A stretch of DNA of 62,904 nucleotides, filler included, from Hausera hauseri (taxonomy: Eukaryota), in assembly GCA_046269625.1 (NCBI GenBank). It is 11 parts of 11 records of this genome, joined end to end, with 100 filler letters (N's around TTAATTAATTAA, not from the genome) between each part and the next. Parts side by side here need not be neighbours in the genome. Positions count along the whole stretch, not along the records: positions 1 to 4,269 come from JBJURY010666554.1; positions 4,370 to 11,070 come from JBJURY010073882.1; positions 11,171 to 16,122 come from JBJURY010381369.1; 8 more parts are not named here. The stretch is one strand, 5' to 3'. The position numbers and the translations under genes are program-made. How positions within the stretch are numbered: position 1 is the first letter of the stretch; each line of letters starts with the position of its first letter. Under the pieces are notes generated by a model, which saw only the letters and a program-made list of their open reading frames with translations, was not told where the DNA came from and did no database searches. Shown in pieces: positions 1-11,767 of the stretch.

Positions 1-540
1 GCATCAACGTCTGCACATTCTCCTATTAACCTAATCAAGTCCGTCGTAATTCTTTTGACCCCCCAAATCCTTTTAGTAAAATAAACTGACAAAGCCGCCA
101 GATGTTTCGGCACATGCTGGCACAGGCAAACGTCTTCATAATGATAGCCGAACTTACGCCATTTTCACATTAAAAGCTTCTTTAACTTTTGAATCCAATC
201 AATCAATCAATTTCCTCATTGACTCTGGGGCGGTGGTTTCTTTGTTACCGCCATATATCAAAACATAATCCATCTCACCATCTACGACAAAATTATACAC
301 CGTTAACGGCCAAGTATTACGCATTTTCGGCACGTCCAAGATCTCATTCACTTTACCGCTTTTCCCGACATCTTCAATTGGACATTTATCGTTGCCGACA
401 CACAATCTCCCACACTCGGTTCCGATTTCTTATCTTCCTACAACCTCCTTGTAGATTGTAGACAACGTCGAATTATTAAAAGCAATTCAACAAAGCCGAC
501 CTTTACAAATAACCAGCCGGTTTTGCAGCGTGTATCGACT
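1..540 (+). mobile_element. Ty3/gypsy (CsRn1-like) fragment: gag end, frameshift signal, aspartic protease
   Basis: FLIDSGAVVSLLP at ~211-250 and DFLSSYNLLVDCRQRR at ~424-470 match the proteases of the copies at ~49010, ~53850 and ~61965; frameshifted. Confidence 0.8.
80..121 (+). promoter_or_regulatory. Putative -1 ribosomal frameshift signal (degenerate slippery site plus H-type pseudoknot)
   Basis: AATAAAC, 7-nt spacer containing TGA, then GCCG CCAG atgttt CGGC acatg CTGG; same layout at 48872-48912 and 61825-61867. Confidence 0.6.
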
Positions 541-1079
541 ATTAAAGCTATATTAAAAGATTCATCAGCCAACTCAAATAATAATGCCATTAATACTAAT
601 ATAAATAATCCAGCATTTTTGTTGCAGGCCGATATTAGAGGAACAAAAGGCATTGACAAGGGCGACCGGGAATGGTACCTTGAGGTGCATACTATTTATT
701 TAATTCTTAAAACGCTTTACTCTCCCGAGGAGATTTGTGGTCGATTAGAAGAAACACGACAGTGTGTTTAGCCAATATCATCATGCAATATCATAAGTAA
801 TTAAATATTCTTTTATGTATTTTTGCTTATATTATGCCAGCAACACATGATAATAACTAACGGTTTTGAACTTTAAAGTAATTTTAGAGTGTCCGCTTGA
901 ATTCTGCAAATCTTCACATTGAGTAAGTTGACTAATACTTACTCAGTACATGTTAATTGCATGCTCAATGGCCCATGCCATGACATATTGAAAATAATAC
1001 AATAAAAATCAGATGAATTATGTAATTTATGTAATTATATGTAATTTGTAGTCAAATAAAGGCGGCAAAATCAACACGA

Positions 1080-3635
1080 AGCAAATCAGCCCTGTATCTT
1101 CTGGGTGAGCCAAACACAGTTCTTTCTATCATTCGCCTGTCATAAAATGGTGAAACGCTTGGTCTGTTTTTTCATCATCGCCTCACCAGTGGTTTGCCAA
1201 CACGCCAGTTGTCAGCACGTGTGATAAATGAAGTTACTGCGGTTTGGAACATGGATCATATTTCTACCTGTCGCAAAGACCATGCAATCATCAAGTTGAA
1301 ACAGGTGTACAATGAATGGTCAATTTTGAATAAACACAAGACACGCTAGTCAGAGAGACATAAATCTAATGAATCCAAATTTTGTATAAAGATGAATGAC
1401 CTTTTTGATATTGCTCACGCTAATGCAGCAGAACTGGTTAAAATTTTAGAAGACTTTGAATTTCTAGCGGCACAACATGAGCCTGGTCGACGCGAATATA
1501 TGGGAGCCATTGACACACCACTGGCAGCAAAATAAGAAAGCAGAACACAGTGGAAAGAGCTGGAAAGGGCAAGGCTAGAGCGGGTAAAGACTCAGAGCCA
1601 GCTATTGCAGGCAAGGGTGGAAGCATCTACCACTTCGGCGAGTTCCTCATTGGTGGAAGAAGTCAGCAGCAGCGATGAACCTGAGTCTGAATCTGATTCC
1701 AGTGACACAGTCGAGTATGGGTCATCTACATATACTCCTCGTCATAAAAGGATGAGAGCAACAATGAAAGCCATAACACTGAGGCTAGCAGTTGCATTAG
1801 ATCTCACCAAATTAAGTGACAGGAAGGCCACCCTTGTAATCTGTGAAATGACCAAGAGCTTTGGACATGAGATAAATGATTTCATCATCAACTGTAGTAC
1901 CATCAAGCGTCAGAGAGAAAGATATAGAATGAAAATGGCAGCTGTTTTGAAATAAGGCACAGCAGGGGACATACCACTTGTGATGCATTGGGATGGAAAA
2001 CTGTTGGCAGATCTTTGTGGGAAAGAGCATGTTGATCGCCTTCCAATTATAGTTACTGGCTTTGATGTTAGTCTGCTACTGAAGATAAGCAAGATTGATA
2101 GTGGAACAGGAAAAATCAGGCATCAGCAGTAGTTCAAGCACACGATAAGTGAAACGTCAAAGATCGGGTAATTTAAATGTGCTTTGACACAACCAGTTCG
2201 AACACAGGCATCAGAAAGGGTGCAAGTACTGAAATTGAGACAATGATTAGGAGAGATCTCCTGCATCTGGAATGTTGCCACCATATAATGGAGCTAGTGG
2301 TGCTGCATTCACAACAAGCCTAGGACCCTCGTCTGCTCCAGAGATTTTGCTGCTTGAAAGATTTCAAAAACAATGGTCCTTAGTTGATTAAACCCAGTAT
2401 CATACTGGTGCAAATTTGAGTGGAATTTATAACACAGTAAATCAGGAAATAATAGTCTTTTCTCAACACCAGTTGATGCATGAATCGGTACGAGACGATT
2501 ACCATGAATTCCTTGAACTCTTAGTTATCTTATTGGGCGTTTCATCACCTAGCGGTATTCGTTTCACGACACCAGGAGCAATGCACCACACAAGATGGCT
2601 ATAAAAGGTAATCTACTAATTGAAAGTCTGGACGTTTCAGACAATTCAAAATCACAGAATTTGAAGAGAAGAGCCTATGCGGGATGTGCATATTTGCTGT
2701 TGTAGTTTATCTGAAGGCTTGGTCCATTGCATTCCTAACTGCTAGTGCTCCATTGAGTGACCTTGGCTTGCTTCAGACCCTCCACAGTTACAGACAGTAT
2801 CCACAAAGTAATTTCAAAGACAACTTGCAAGACGTTTGAGTACCACCTGTGGCACCTGTCAGAAGGTTTAGTGGGTCTTGCTTTGTGCCATCCGAGACCA
2901 AACGAAAAATGGTGGATGCCTTGCAGTCAAATCAGCCTAAACGTACATCAGCTGGTTCAAAACGAATCACTATAAAAGTTAGTGATGCATCACAGCACAG
3001 CTTGGAAGATTTTATTAGTTCAAGCAGTGGCAAACTTCTTAACAAGTTACACATTGGTTCCCATTTTCTGTGTGGACCCTGATATGTGGGTAGACAGAGA
3101 TGGCTACAACGAAGACCGAGCGAATGTCAGTAAGCTTGCTGTTACAAATGACAATGCTGAACGAGGTTTAGCACTTGTTCAAGATTTGAACACACTCCTG
3201 ACCTACGATGAGGAACAATTTCAATTCCTTCTGCAAGTTGTAGCTGATCATCAACGTCGTTACCCGGAATGTCTCAAATCTTCGCTGAAGGAGCTGTCAC
3301 ACGCTGTCGCTTACAATGACATATACACCAGTTAGACATTAGGCATTAGACACACACAACTTGTTGTAAGCAGTAATTGAATGTGTATTGTTGAACTGAT
3401 TGCTGACTGTTGACACTGTTTACTGTTCAGATTAATAAAAAGCTGCCAAAGTATCAGTTGGGGAATATGCCACAGTATTCATAGTATAGTAATAACTACT
3501 GATGTATTGAGCGACCTCTAAACATTGTCTAATTGAGGAAATATTTTGCAGACTGATTTTGCCAAAGGAACATTTTAAAATGGTGGGTGATAAGTATTTA
3601 AAAAAAATTTCCTTCCTGATATAAGGACCATCCTA
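1080..3635 (+). mobile_element. Decayed DDE DNA transposon, hAT-like (probably hATm type)
   Basis: Motifs across several frames: LFDIAHANA, HWDGKLL (first D), CFDTTSSNTG (second D), LECCHH (CxxH), VTNDNAERGLAL (E). 3' end GGACCATCCTA at 3625-3635 resembles a hATm terminus. Many stops and frameshifts. Confidence 0.75.
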
Positions 3636-4059
3636 CTGATAATTTTAAAATGATAAAAATAAACATTTTATTTAGAAAAATTGAAAAAATATTTATTTTA
3701 GTAAAAAAATTTTAATATTAATTTATACCTCGGCGGAAATTTGTTTAGAAATTAATTTTTACAAGTATTGTTCTGCTTGACACTGATGAAGTGCAGAACA
3801 CAGAAACATGTCTTCCAGTGAACTACTAAATTCAGTGTCCTTGTATTTTAGTTTTACTATATTTTATTTAATTTAATGAACATTTCAAGTAACATACATA
3901 TATATTATACCCCAAAAAAGTCGTGAACACTTAACAAATATGAAACAAATTTAATATCATTGCAAATAGTAAGCTGTATAAATGAATTTGCTGCAACATT
4001 CATATGAAATATAATAAGATAAATATTTATCAAAATTACAAAAAGACTCATATTTTTAT

Positions 4060-4269
4060 AGCCCCACAACATTACTGACTGCGGATGTTTGACGGTGGGT
4101 TTGATGAAATTCAATTTTTGATTTGGTCGACTCCAAATTATCTGACGTTTGGCATTATTTGTGATGGAAATCACCATTTCATCGGTAAATGCAACACGTT
4201 TCCAGAACTCTGGAGGATGATTAACATAACGCTTAGCAAAAGCAAGACGCAGCTTTCTGTGCCGTGCTG
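4060..4269 (-). pseudogene. Tc1/mariner transposase fragment
   Basis: FWKRVAFTDEMVISI...IKPTVKHPQSVMLWG matches the Tc1 first-D region (WxxVxFSDE) and the PTVKHxxSVMVWG motif; cut by the contig end. Confidence 0.75.
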
Positions 4270-4369
4270 NNNNNNNNNNNNNNNNNNNNNNNNNNNNNNN
4301 NNNNNNNNNNNNNTTAATTAATTAANNNNNNNNNNNNNNNNNNNNNNNNNNNNNNNNNNNNNNNNNNNN
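4270..4369. other. Artificial contig linker (N-run, TTAATTAATTAA, N-run). Identical linkers at 11071-11170, 16123-16222, 22018-22117, 26670-26769, 34693-34792, 41111-41210, 45156-45255, 50881-50980, 57736-57835
   Basis: Ten identical 100-nt blocks with a six-frame stop cassette; content changes abruptly across them. Confidence 0.97.
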
Positions 4370-4520
4370 AATCATATTTTATCAGTGATATTTCAGATCC
4401 TGTATCTATTAGTGCATAAACCTCCCAATCTTCCAATTGAATCTTTACGAAGGGCCTGCCTTCAATTACTGTATCATAATAGTTTGGTGCTATCTTTTGT
4501 TGTCGTATGGTAGACACTTT
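4370..4520 (-). pseudogene. Retropepsin-type aspartic protease, N-terminal part
   Basis: GRPFVKIQLEDWEVYALIDTGSEISLI (DTG active site); truncated by linker. Confidence 0.9.
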
Positions 4521-5099
4521 TGTAACCTCAGTGGTTCCAACTGGCTGCTCGACTAACTGTCTTAACTCTTTAATTGGGTATAGTGCGTTATTCGTTTCAC
4601 TCGCGTTTTCTACTGTCTGGTTTCTAACTGGCGGCTGAACATCTGAGGTTCGGAGATTTCGTGCTTCATGGTTTCGAGTAAATATCGATTGCGTTTCGTT
4701 TGGCTTAGGTATTCTGGGCCAGTAAATTACACCATGGTCGCCGACTGCTGATCTATGGTGTGGAGCCTAGGTTTTTTCTGTTTCGTGGATCTTACGCAGT
4801 ATCCCATAGCGTTTTGTTCCTTTGTAAGGATCCTCTAAACTAAACGGCTTCCGATAGATAGATTGTTTCTTGCAATCTTCATATATAGGCGCCGTTGGTG
4901 GCAATATTGGTAATGGTAGTTTCATAACGGAGTAATTTTTGTGCCTGTTTGGCCTGAAGAGGGCGTCTCCTCCCTTAGGCTCGTCATCAGCCGAATTATT
5001 TCTTCGTATCTTAGCATTAATAAATTTTTGTCTGTAGTGGAATATACCTCTGTTCCGTTTTCGATAATGGTAGCCAACATGTCGTTCTACATTTGTTTT

Positions 5100-6690
5100 C
5101 CATTTACCCTCTTCATAAGCCTTTATGAATTTGCCGAAGGGAGTAATAATAGCCGTTAAAATTTTGCATGAAAATCCTGTTAAGGTAAATATCTCATATC
5201 CGTTTATGATTGTCTGAATTATAACTTTTACCAGTTGAATTAAAAAATATATCGCTAGAAATCCTTACGCGGCTTGTCCGAATATCAGGAATCTTCCCCA
5301 AATTTTGTACAATATTTCTGTAGTTACCTTCTTATAATAGCCAACACCAAGTAATGACTCCCATTTTGCCTGGTAGCGAGAGTCCTCTAATATTGTATGC
5401 ATTGCTCTGTTTAATTCATGTGTACATTGGCTGGAAAAAGCAAGAAATTCTCTAAACGTTTCTATTTCTTTTGGTCGATAAATACCTTTTGCGGCTGTAT
5501 CTTGAAACTTATCGTCGGTTATTCCTTTTATCAGGTTTGTTCCTGTCAGCTTGGTAGGTGGTGCGATAATACCACCGTTTAGTAAACTTACCCAGTCGGT
5601 CTCGCTCCGTCTGAACATCGGCTCTCTTAAGCTAGTTTTGCAATCTCTCAAAATTGTCGGTTGAATAGCGTTTGCCAACAATACTCTGATAATCGGTGTT
5701 ACTAATCTCGATATGTCCTGATATATCACTGGGTGTTCTTGTATACATCTCTTCTCTTTCACATTAATCGGCACGTCTTTCTTCTCGCACTCATACGTCA
5801 ATAAGACTTTTCCGGTTACTCGTCCAAAAACACCTTCCTTCATCGGAATTATTGGTGATGCCAACTCGGAATTTGCATATATTAGAGCTAGTTTAGTTCT
5901 CATGATTTCCAAGTCCAATGTACAGTCGTTCCTTATCATCTTGTGATATAACTCTGTTATTCCGGCTTGTCCTTCATAGTAGAAATAGTCGTCTCTGTTT
6001 TTTAGATAATCCTCGATTCGAATGTCTTGAGCCTCCAGTTTAAACGTTCTAGTGTTTATTTCCGTCTCCGCTACAAAGAATGCCTCATAATTTGTGGCAT
6101 ACATTATGACATCGCATCTTGTGAATACATCTTTCTTCATAAACTTTAGGCCATGAGTGTCAGAAATCAGTATAGTAGGTGTGGACTGTTCTGCTACCTC
6201 TTCTCGCGTTTTAGAATTAGTTTCTGTACTACTTATATATCGTTTCCCTGTCGTTTCATTGAACTTAAGTTCTTTAATTCTGATAAAATTATTTTCCCTT
6301 GTTGCATTTCTAACTCCATGCCGTCCCACTTTATTATTCCCGTTTCTCTAGCTTTCTTACAATGTTGTCGTTCTAAATTCATCGGAATTGGTGGAGTTGT
6401 CGGTTTGATTATTGATGAGTGTCCATGTATCAGCCAACAATGAAAGATGCTGCGAGATCGTCGCAACATACATTCTACCCCATCTAGGGTAACTAGTTCG
6501 CATTGTTGATATAATATATAACTTTTATCTTTTGTTTCTAATCTGTGGGGCCTTGCATCTTCACACATTTCCAAGTCCATTAACGAATATTTTTGGCGAA
6601 GTCTGAATTTTTCACAATCATATACTGTGACTGCGCCCATTTGTTTTATCAGCATCATCATGGTCAGAAAGTTTATTAACCAATTCGATT
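5100..6690 (-). pseudogene. Chuvirus (Jingchuvirales)-type envelope glycoprotein
   Basis: Signal-like WLINFLTMMMLIKQMGA then VYDC...YSL...C; CMLRRSRSIFHC; CKKARETG; GVFGRVTGKVLLTYEC...CIQEHPV...TPIIRVL...C...PMF...W; C-terminal FLIFGQAA*GFLAIYFLIQLVKVIIQTIINGYEIFTLTGFSCKILTAI. One frameshift near 6300 and one stop at 5265-5267. Confidence 0.85.
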
Positions 6691-6721
6691 CATTTCCTCT
6701 ACGATTTCCAGTTACATTTCA

Positions 6722-9700
6722 TAGTAATTCAGCGTATATATTGCTATCGAAGGATAATCCACTCTGATGTTCTTCCTCTTTTTCGAATAATTTAGACCAG
6801 CTCACTTCTCGGGGTAGCTTCCTGGCAGCCTTCCTTGCCAAACTAATAGCCTTGATGAACTCATTTTTCCGATTCGGATTGGTTTTGAATGCTAGGTATA
6901 GCAGTACTTTTCTCACTTCCTCTATAGCATTCTCTACCATAATTTTCTCAATTATTATTTTATCACTTAAAGTGCTCTTAGTTGATTTACAGCGAAGGTT
7001 CTTCATGGCCTTTGCGGCGTTCGCTATGGCCTTCTTCTCGTCGAATATATCACTGCTTAGGCTAGAGTAGTTTATTATTCGTGTCAGATCTTTCATCAGT
7101 TCGTTCAGTTCCTCATTATCTGCGCCAACGATCGGTATGGACATCTGCCTCAATTCTCTAATCAAGTCTCCATTATAATCGATTTCATCTCGTATCTTCC
7201 GTGGCCTACCAACAGGACGTTTTTGTTTTGTTACCACGGGTATATTACCATCGATTGATACTAAATTTTTATCATACTGCTCATTATGTTCATCCGTTTG
7301 TAAATACTCAAAATACACTGCTGCATCTCGGATTCCCATTATTTGTCCTACCTGTTGTTCTGCTTTGGCCTTTCTTATAGCCTCTTCTTTTGTTTCGTCG
7401 ATAGCGGTGGTTACCACCAACCGGTTCACTTCACCTGAAATAATTCCAACTTCTATTAATAGTCTCGTCTAGTATTTTTCCTCGGAAATAAAGCTTATAG
7501 CTCAACTCATGAGCATATCCGTTGTTCTTTATCTACAGTAATACATCCTTTACTTGGGAACGCGTAGTGAACTGTTGTTCCTTCTCATCCATCCAATCTG
7601 ATGCTATTTTTAGAGGAATCGTCTCTTCCTCCTTTGCCTTTAGAATTTTGGCATATTCTTTGAGTAAAAGCCTGGATACTGTACTGAAGATCGTACCTTC
7701 AATAGCTAATTTAGTTAGAGTGGGGACTAACTGTCTTAAATGAATTTCAGTGAGATTTATTTCAATCAGCTGAGTTAAATCCTTCTAGGTTTGCGCTGGG
7801 TCCAGAAGCATTTCTACGTTGAACCTTTGTTCATGAGAATACATTTCCATTTCGCCTAAGTGTATTGGGGTTTTCGGATTTTCCGCAATCATTGCATCTA
7901 AATAGGCTTCCCAATCTGGTTCACTTTCATTGTCTGGCAGTTGATAGTTTTTCAATGGTGTATCGGTTGGCCTGCCCACCACTGTGGGCCACGTAGTTGC
8001 TTGGAGTTCTTGTAATTTCTGTTGAATCTGGACCATTTTCGTCGTTCGGAAACATCGCCCATTAGCGGACGTTTGGTGGAGCAGTGTTAACAACGAACAT
8101 AATTCTTCGGGTGAAATTAGACTCTTTTCTTCGTATTTCGTTAGTTCGGACGTTACATTTCTTAGTCATCTTTGAATGAATTGTGACTTGTCAGCTTTTT
8201 CGGCTTCTGTGAGGACGTATTTGTTTTTGTAAACTTTGAGTTCTCTATCTAGTTCGTCCAACCTTATTGCTCTCTGTTTTGTCTTAATGCAAGTTTCTTC
8301 GACTTGCTGTATCTGCTGACCAATTGCCTTAGTTTCTCGTAACTAATTTCTGCCATTTCTGCCATTAATAATGCTAATTCGTACATCTCATTAATGTTCT
8401 TTGAATCCGGATCTATCGCATTTAATAATTTTTTTACGAACTTGATCTCTTCGAATTTAAGGTGGCGGTCGTTCTTAATTTTAGTTAATTCGGTATGAAG
8501 TCTTTGATCCGTTCCATCTCTCCACTCTTGGGGACGATGTAAAAACTTAACTGCTTCTTTAACGACTGACCGGTATTCGGGACAAAAGTCCAAATTTTTA
8601 AGATCTTGCATCAAGATTTCTTCGATAAGTTTGGCTGTAACCAGTGTATTCCCTTCAGGCGGATATCTCTTAATCGTGGGTAGAAATCGCAAGTCGCGTT
8701 TCGCTTTCGCGTGAAGCTTGTTTCTTCAATCATTTTATATATATCGTTTAGCACCATCATCTCTTCTTTCTTTTCCATAAAGTTTAATTGACGTAGTGCC
8801 TCGAATTGTGTTCGGATGTCAATTTCTGCTTTCATTGTGTCTAGGTTTTGGGCGTCTTCTTCCAGCTGCTTCTTAACTGTAAGATCACTTTCTGGAAATT
8901 CCTTTTTCCGATCGGCCACTCAGCCTCGTTATTACTCCGGACCATTCTTTCAACTGGTTAGCGATTTCTGGCTTTGCCAGTATCGCTTTATTTAACATTT
9001 TGCGGGCGTCATCTAGCTCGTCATCTGGACCTCTAATAAAATCGATGATCCGGAAGGCATAGTCAAACTCATCCTTATATTCATCGAATTCGAGGATACA
9101 AGTAACAATTATTTTCTGTGTTTCATCATCAGATGGGTGCATGATCCTATTCCTTAGACTGTATATCTGCGACCACTTTTCGACTTCTATTTTAAGACGG
9201 TTTTTTAGACAAGTATATTACCTTGTCGCAGTAGAAGCGATTTTTATCATTTCCGTTAAGGGCGGAATATCTAATGCACCTATGCCCAACATCTCTAAGT
9301 CGTTTGCATCTCGTTTTTTGACCGGCTTCTTTTTTAGTTGTTCAACTATGATGAATCTAAATTCGTCTATGACGCGCTCCAAATTACGTTCTGCTCTTTT
9401 TAATTTCTGGTTGGCTTCTAATGTAGCTAATAACGACTGAGCCTGGTTGGTCCTAGTTTCAATGTTTTGGGTAGTTTTATCCCATGTCTTCTGAAATTTC
9501 GTCTTTCTTTTGATCCACCGTTCTAATTCCCGTTTCCAGTGAAGTAGGGTTTCTTTTGCCACTTCTTCTGGCTGTTCAAATCTATATCTTCACTTAGTTT
9601 CCCTTCGCTACATAGTTTCATATTTTTATATAATCTTTCTGCAAACTGCTGTTCCTTACCAGAAATATCCACTTGTTCGCTCATTGCTTTGAGCTTCTAT

Positions 9701-10400
9701 AGATTATGTCGTAATACCTCTGGGTTGCGACAATTCATCCTCATTCTTTTTTAACTCCTCTGCACTTTTCGACGAGCGTCTGATTTTCCACTTTTTAGGA
9801 TCGAGTTTCTCTTCTCGTTCTGTTTCCTCTTTGCTCGTAGATAAGGGACATACATCATTTATTTTATCTATAGATTTCATCAGCTCACCCATTTCGCTGG
9901 GCGTAACTAAATTAATTTTCGAAATGTCCAAGGCACACTCCGTTTCGCTGTCTAATGAGATTTCCGCATCTCTCTTTGTCCTTGATTTCTCTTTGATTAT
10001 TGGGAATATCGAACGATCTTTACGTTTCTGTTTCAGTGACGGGTTACGGCTTCTATTCTTGGTGGTTTTAAGTATAAGCGCTTCGAGATATTCTTCTTTT
10101 TCTTCGGCCTCTTCCTCCTTGGTTACCTTTTCTCTAGTATACTCAGGTTCTAAATCTGCCTTATCCGGAGTCTCAGGCTTCCCTGATTCGACTGGTTCTT
10201 TGTTTATCGTAGGAGCGTTCTTTTTCCGAGACATATCACTTGGCCTTGGGGGGCAATGGAACGTTCATATTCCGTTTCTGGTTCGCGCAGGCCATGGTAA
10301 ACTTCCATTAATGGTTATTTATGCTTATATTCATTTATAGCCACTAAAACTTTGGGGCCCTTAGCCTAAGGCTGGGCTTTTAAAAAACGTCGTAAATCCT
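6722..10400 (-). pseudogene. Large charged, probably helical ORF of unknown function between gag and env (fragmented)
   Basis: Chain of same-strand, nearly abutting ORFs (9704-10234, 9218-9562, 8885-9142, 8611-8919, 8264-8692, 7785-8093, 6719-7429), K/E-rich, with AT-hook-like KRPVGRPRK at ~7196-7225. Confidence 0.65.
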
Positions 10401-10416
10401 GTATCTCGATAACCAT

Positions 10417-11070
10417 TCATGTGTCTCTACGAACACCGTAAATTGCTTCTAAATTTTCGTTTTTAATTACATTGGTTTTACTAGGTTCCACAAACGAGAC
10501 ACTTCGCGTATTCGGACAGGACCTCGCTATGTGTCCTTCTTGTCCACATGTGAAACAGACTAAATTGCCATTTCTTACAACTCTTTGTCGGCTATCTTCG
10601 TTTAATGTAGATTTTGATCTACTCGGATTTCTATTGTAACCTTGCTGCGGTGGAGTCTGTCTAGGGTCTCCATATTGGCGATTATCATAACTCCGGTTGT
10701 CATTTTGTCGACTAAAAATTTTTACAGCCACCTAGGCGTTTATCTGTCTGATAATCTGATTTATTAGAAAAGCTATTTCGGCTATTATCAAAATTCTGAT
10801 TACTGTATCGATCATTTCTGTGATAATATTTACCGTTTGTGTTCCTATCTCCGTAATTATTGTTAAATCGTCTATCATTTCTATTGTTGCGATTTCTATT
10901 GCTCCGATCACCTTGATCATTATTTCTATAATTTCTATCATTGTCTCTAGTATATGTGGCCAACGCCATTTCCAAGTCTTGAGCTAATTGCATTGTCCTA
11001 TCAAAATTCTCTGGACGTGCTAGAATCAATTGCTTTACTATGTCTTTAGACCAAATTCCATTTATTAATT
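10417..11070 (-). pseudogene. Gag C-terminus with CCHC zinc knuckle
   Basis: RPENFDRTMQLAQDLE, N/R-rich linker, CFTCGQEGHIARSC; one frameshift. Confidence 0.85.
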
Positions 11071-11170
11071 NNNNNNNNNNNNNNNNNNNNNNNNNNNNNN
11101 NNNNNNNNNNNNNNTTAATTAATTAANNNNNNNNNNNNNNNNNNNNNNNNNNNNNNNNNNNNNNNNNNNN

Positions 11171-11620
11171 AGCCAAATAATCTACTACGGTTTTGTCTCG
11201 TGGGTTTTTAAATATGACCAAGTAATGAATATTTAAATTACTCATACGATGATTACCTACTTGATGGAAAGGGTTTTGAGTAATGAATATTACCGTTACC
11301 TCTCTATACCTTGCGATATTTGTAAACAAATTAGTAAAATCAGCTTCCTTATTTGCCTCCTGAAAAAGATCGTCAATTACAATGACATCACCTTTGTTAG
11401 ACGTGAAGACCAGTTCTCATCAAATCCATTGATGACCTTTATGGCTTTTAATTTACAAAATTCATGTTGTGTTAGTCCACTTTCCCCACCTCCACCTTGA
11501 TGCCAAAAGATCCTGTTAAAATTGTTTTTAAACATATCTTTTCTTTGCAATAACTGATATACAAAGTGGGTTTCCCCACTCCCATACGTCCAACTATCTG
11601 GAATACTGCGTTGTTATTAA
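11171..11620 (-). pseudogene. Polinton/adintovirus packaging ATPase (A32/FtsK-like)
   Basis: Frameshifted Walker A (VG..GSG.THFVYQ), Walker B VIVIDDLF, ARYREVTVIFITQN, NIHYLVIFKNPRDK. Confidence 0.88.
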
Positions 11621-11767
11621 GAATCTGTTTTCAATTACGTGTGTATCAATAGAAGTGAATATGTAAAAACATTAGCGCCCAACACGTGATAAAAATATTA
11701 CAACAGTACCTGTAAGAATGCAAAAGTATAAGTCAATAAATCAACACTCAATTTCATTTTTACAAAA

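Larger units (their letters stand above)
4370..11070 (-). mobile_element. Env-bearing Ty3/gypsy-type LTR retroelement with order gag - unknown ORF - chuvirus-type glycoprotein - protease (decayed, both ends cut)
   Basis: All coding blocks are co-oriented on one contig: CCHC gag at right, glycoprotein motifs in the middle, ALIDTGSEISLI protease at left. The homologous copy at 57836-59520 continues into a gypsy RT. Confidence 0.85.

Noticed and set aside
4314-4325. Recurring TTAATTAATTAA as a biological repeat or piggyBac target site
   Set aside because: Always embedded in identical N-runs; it is an assembly linker
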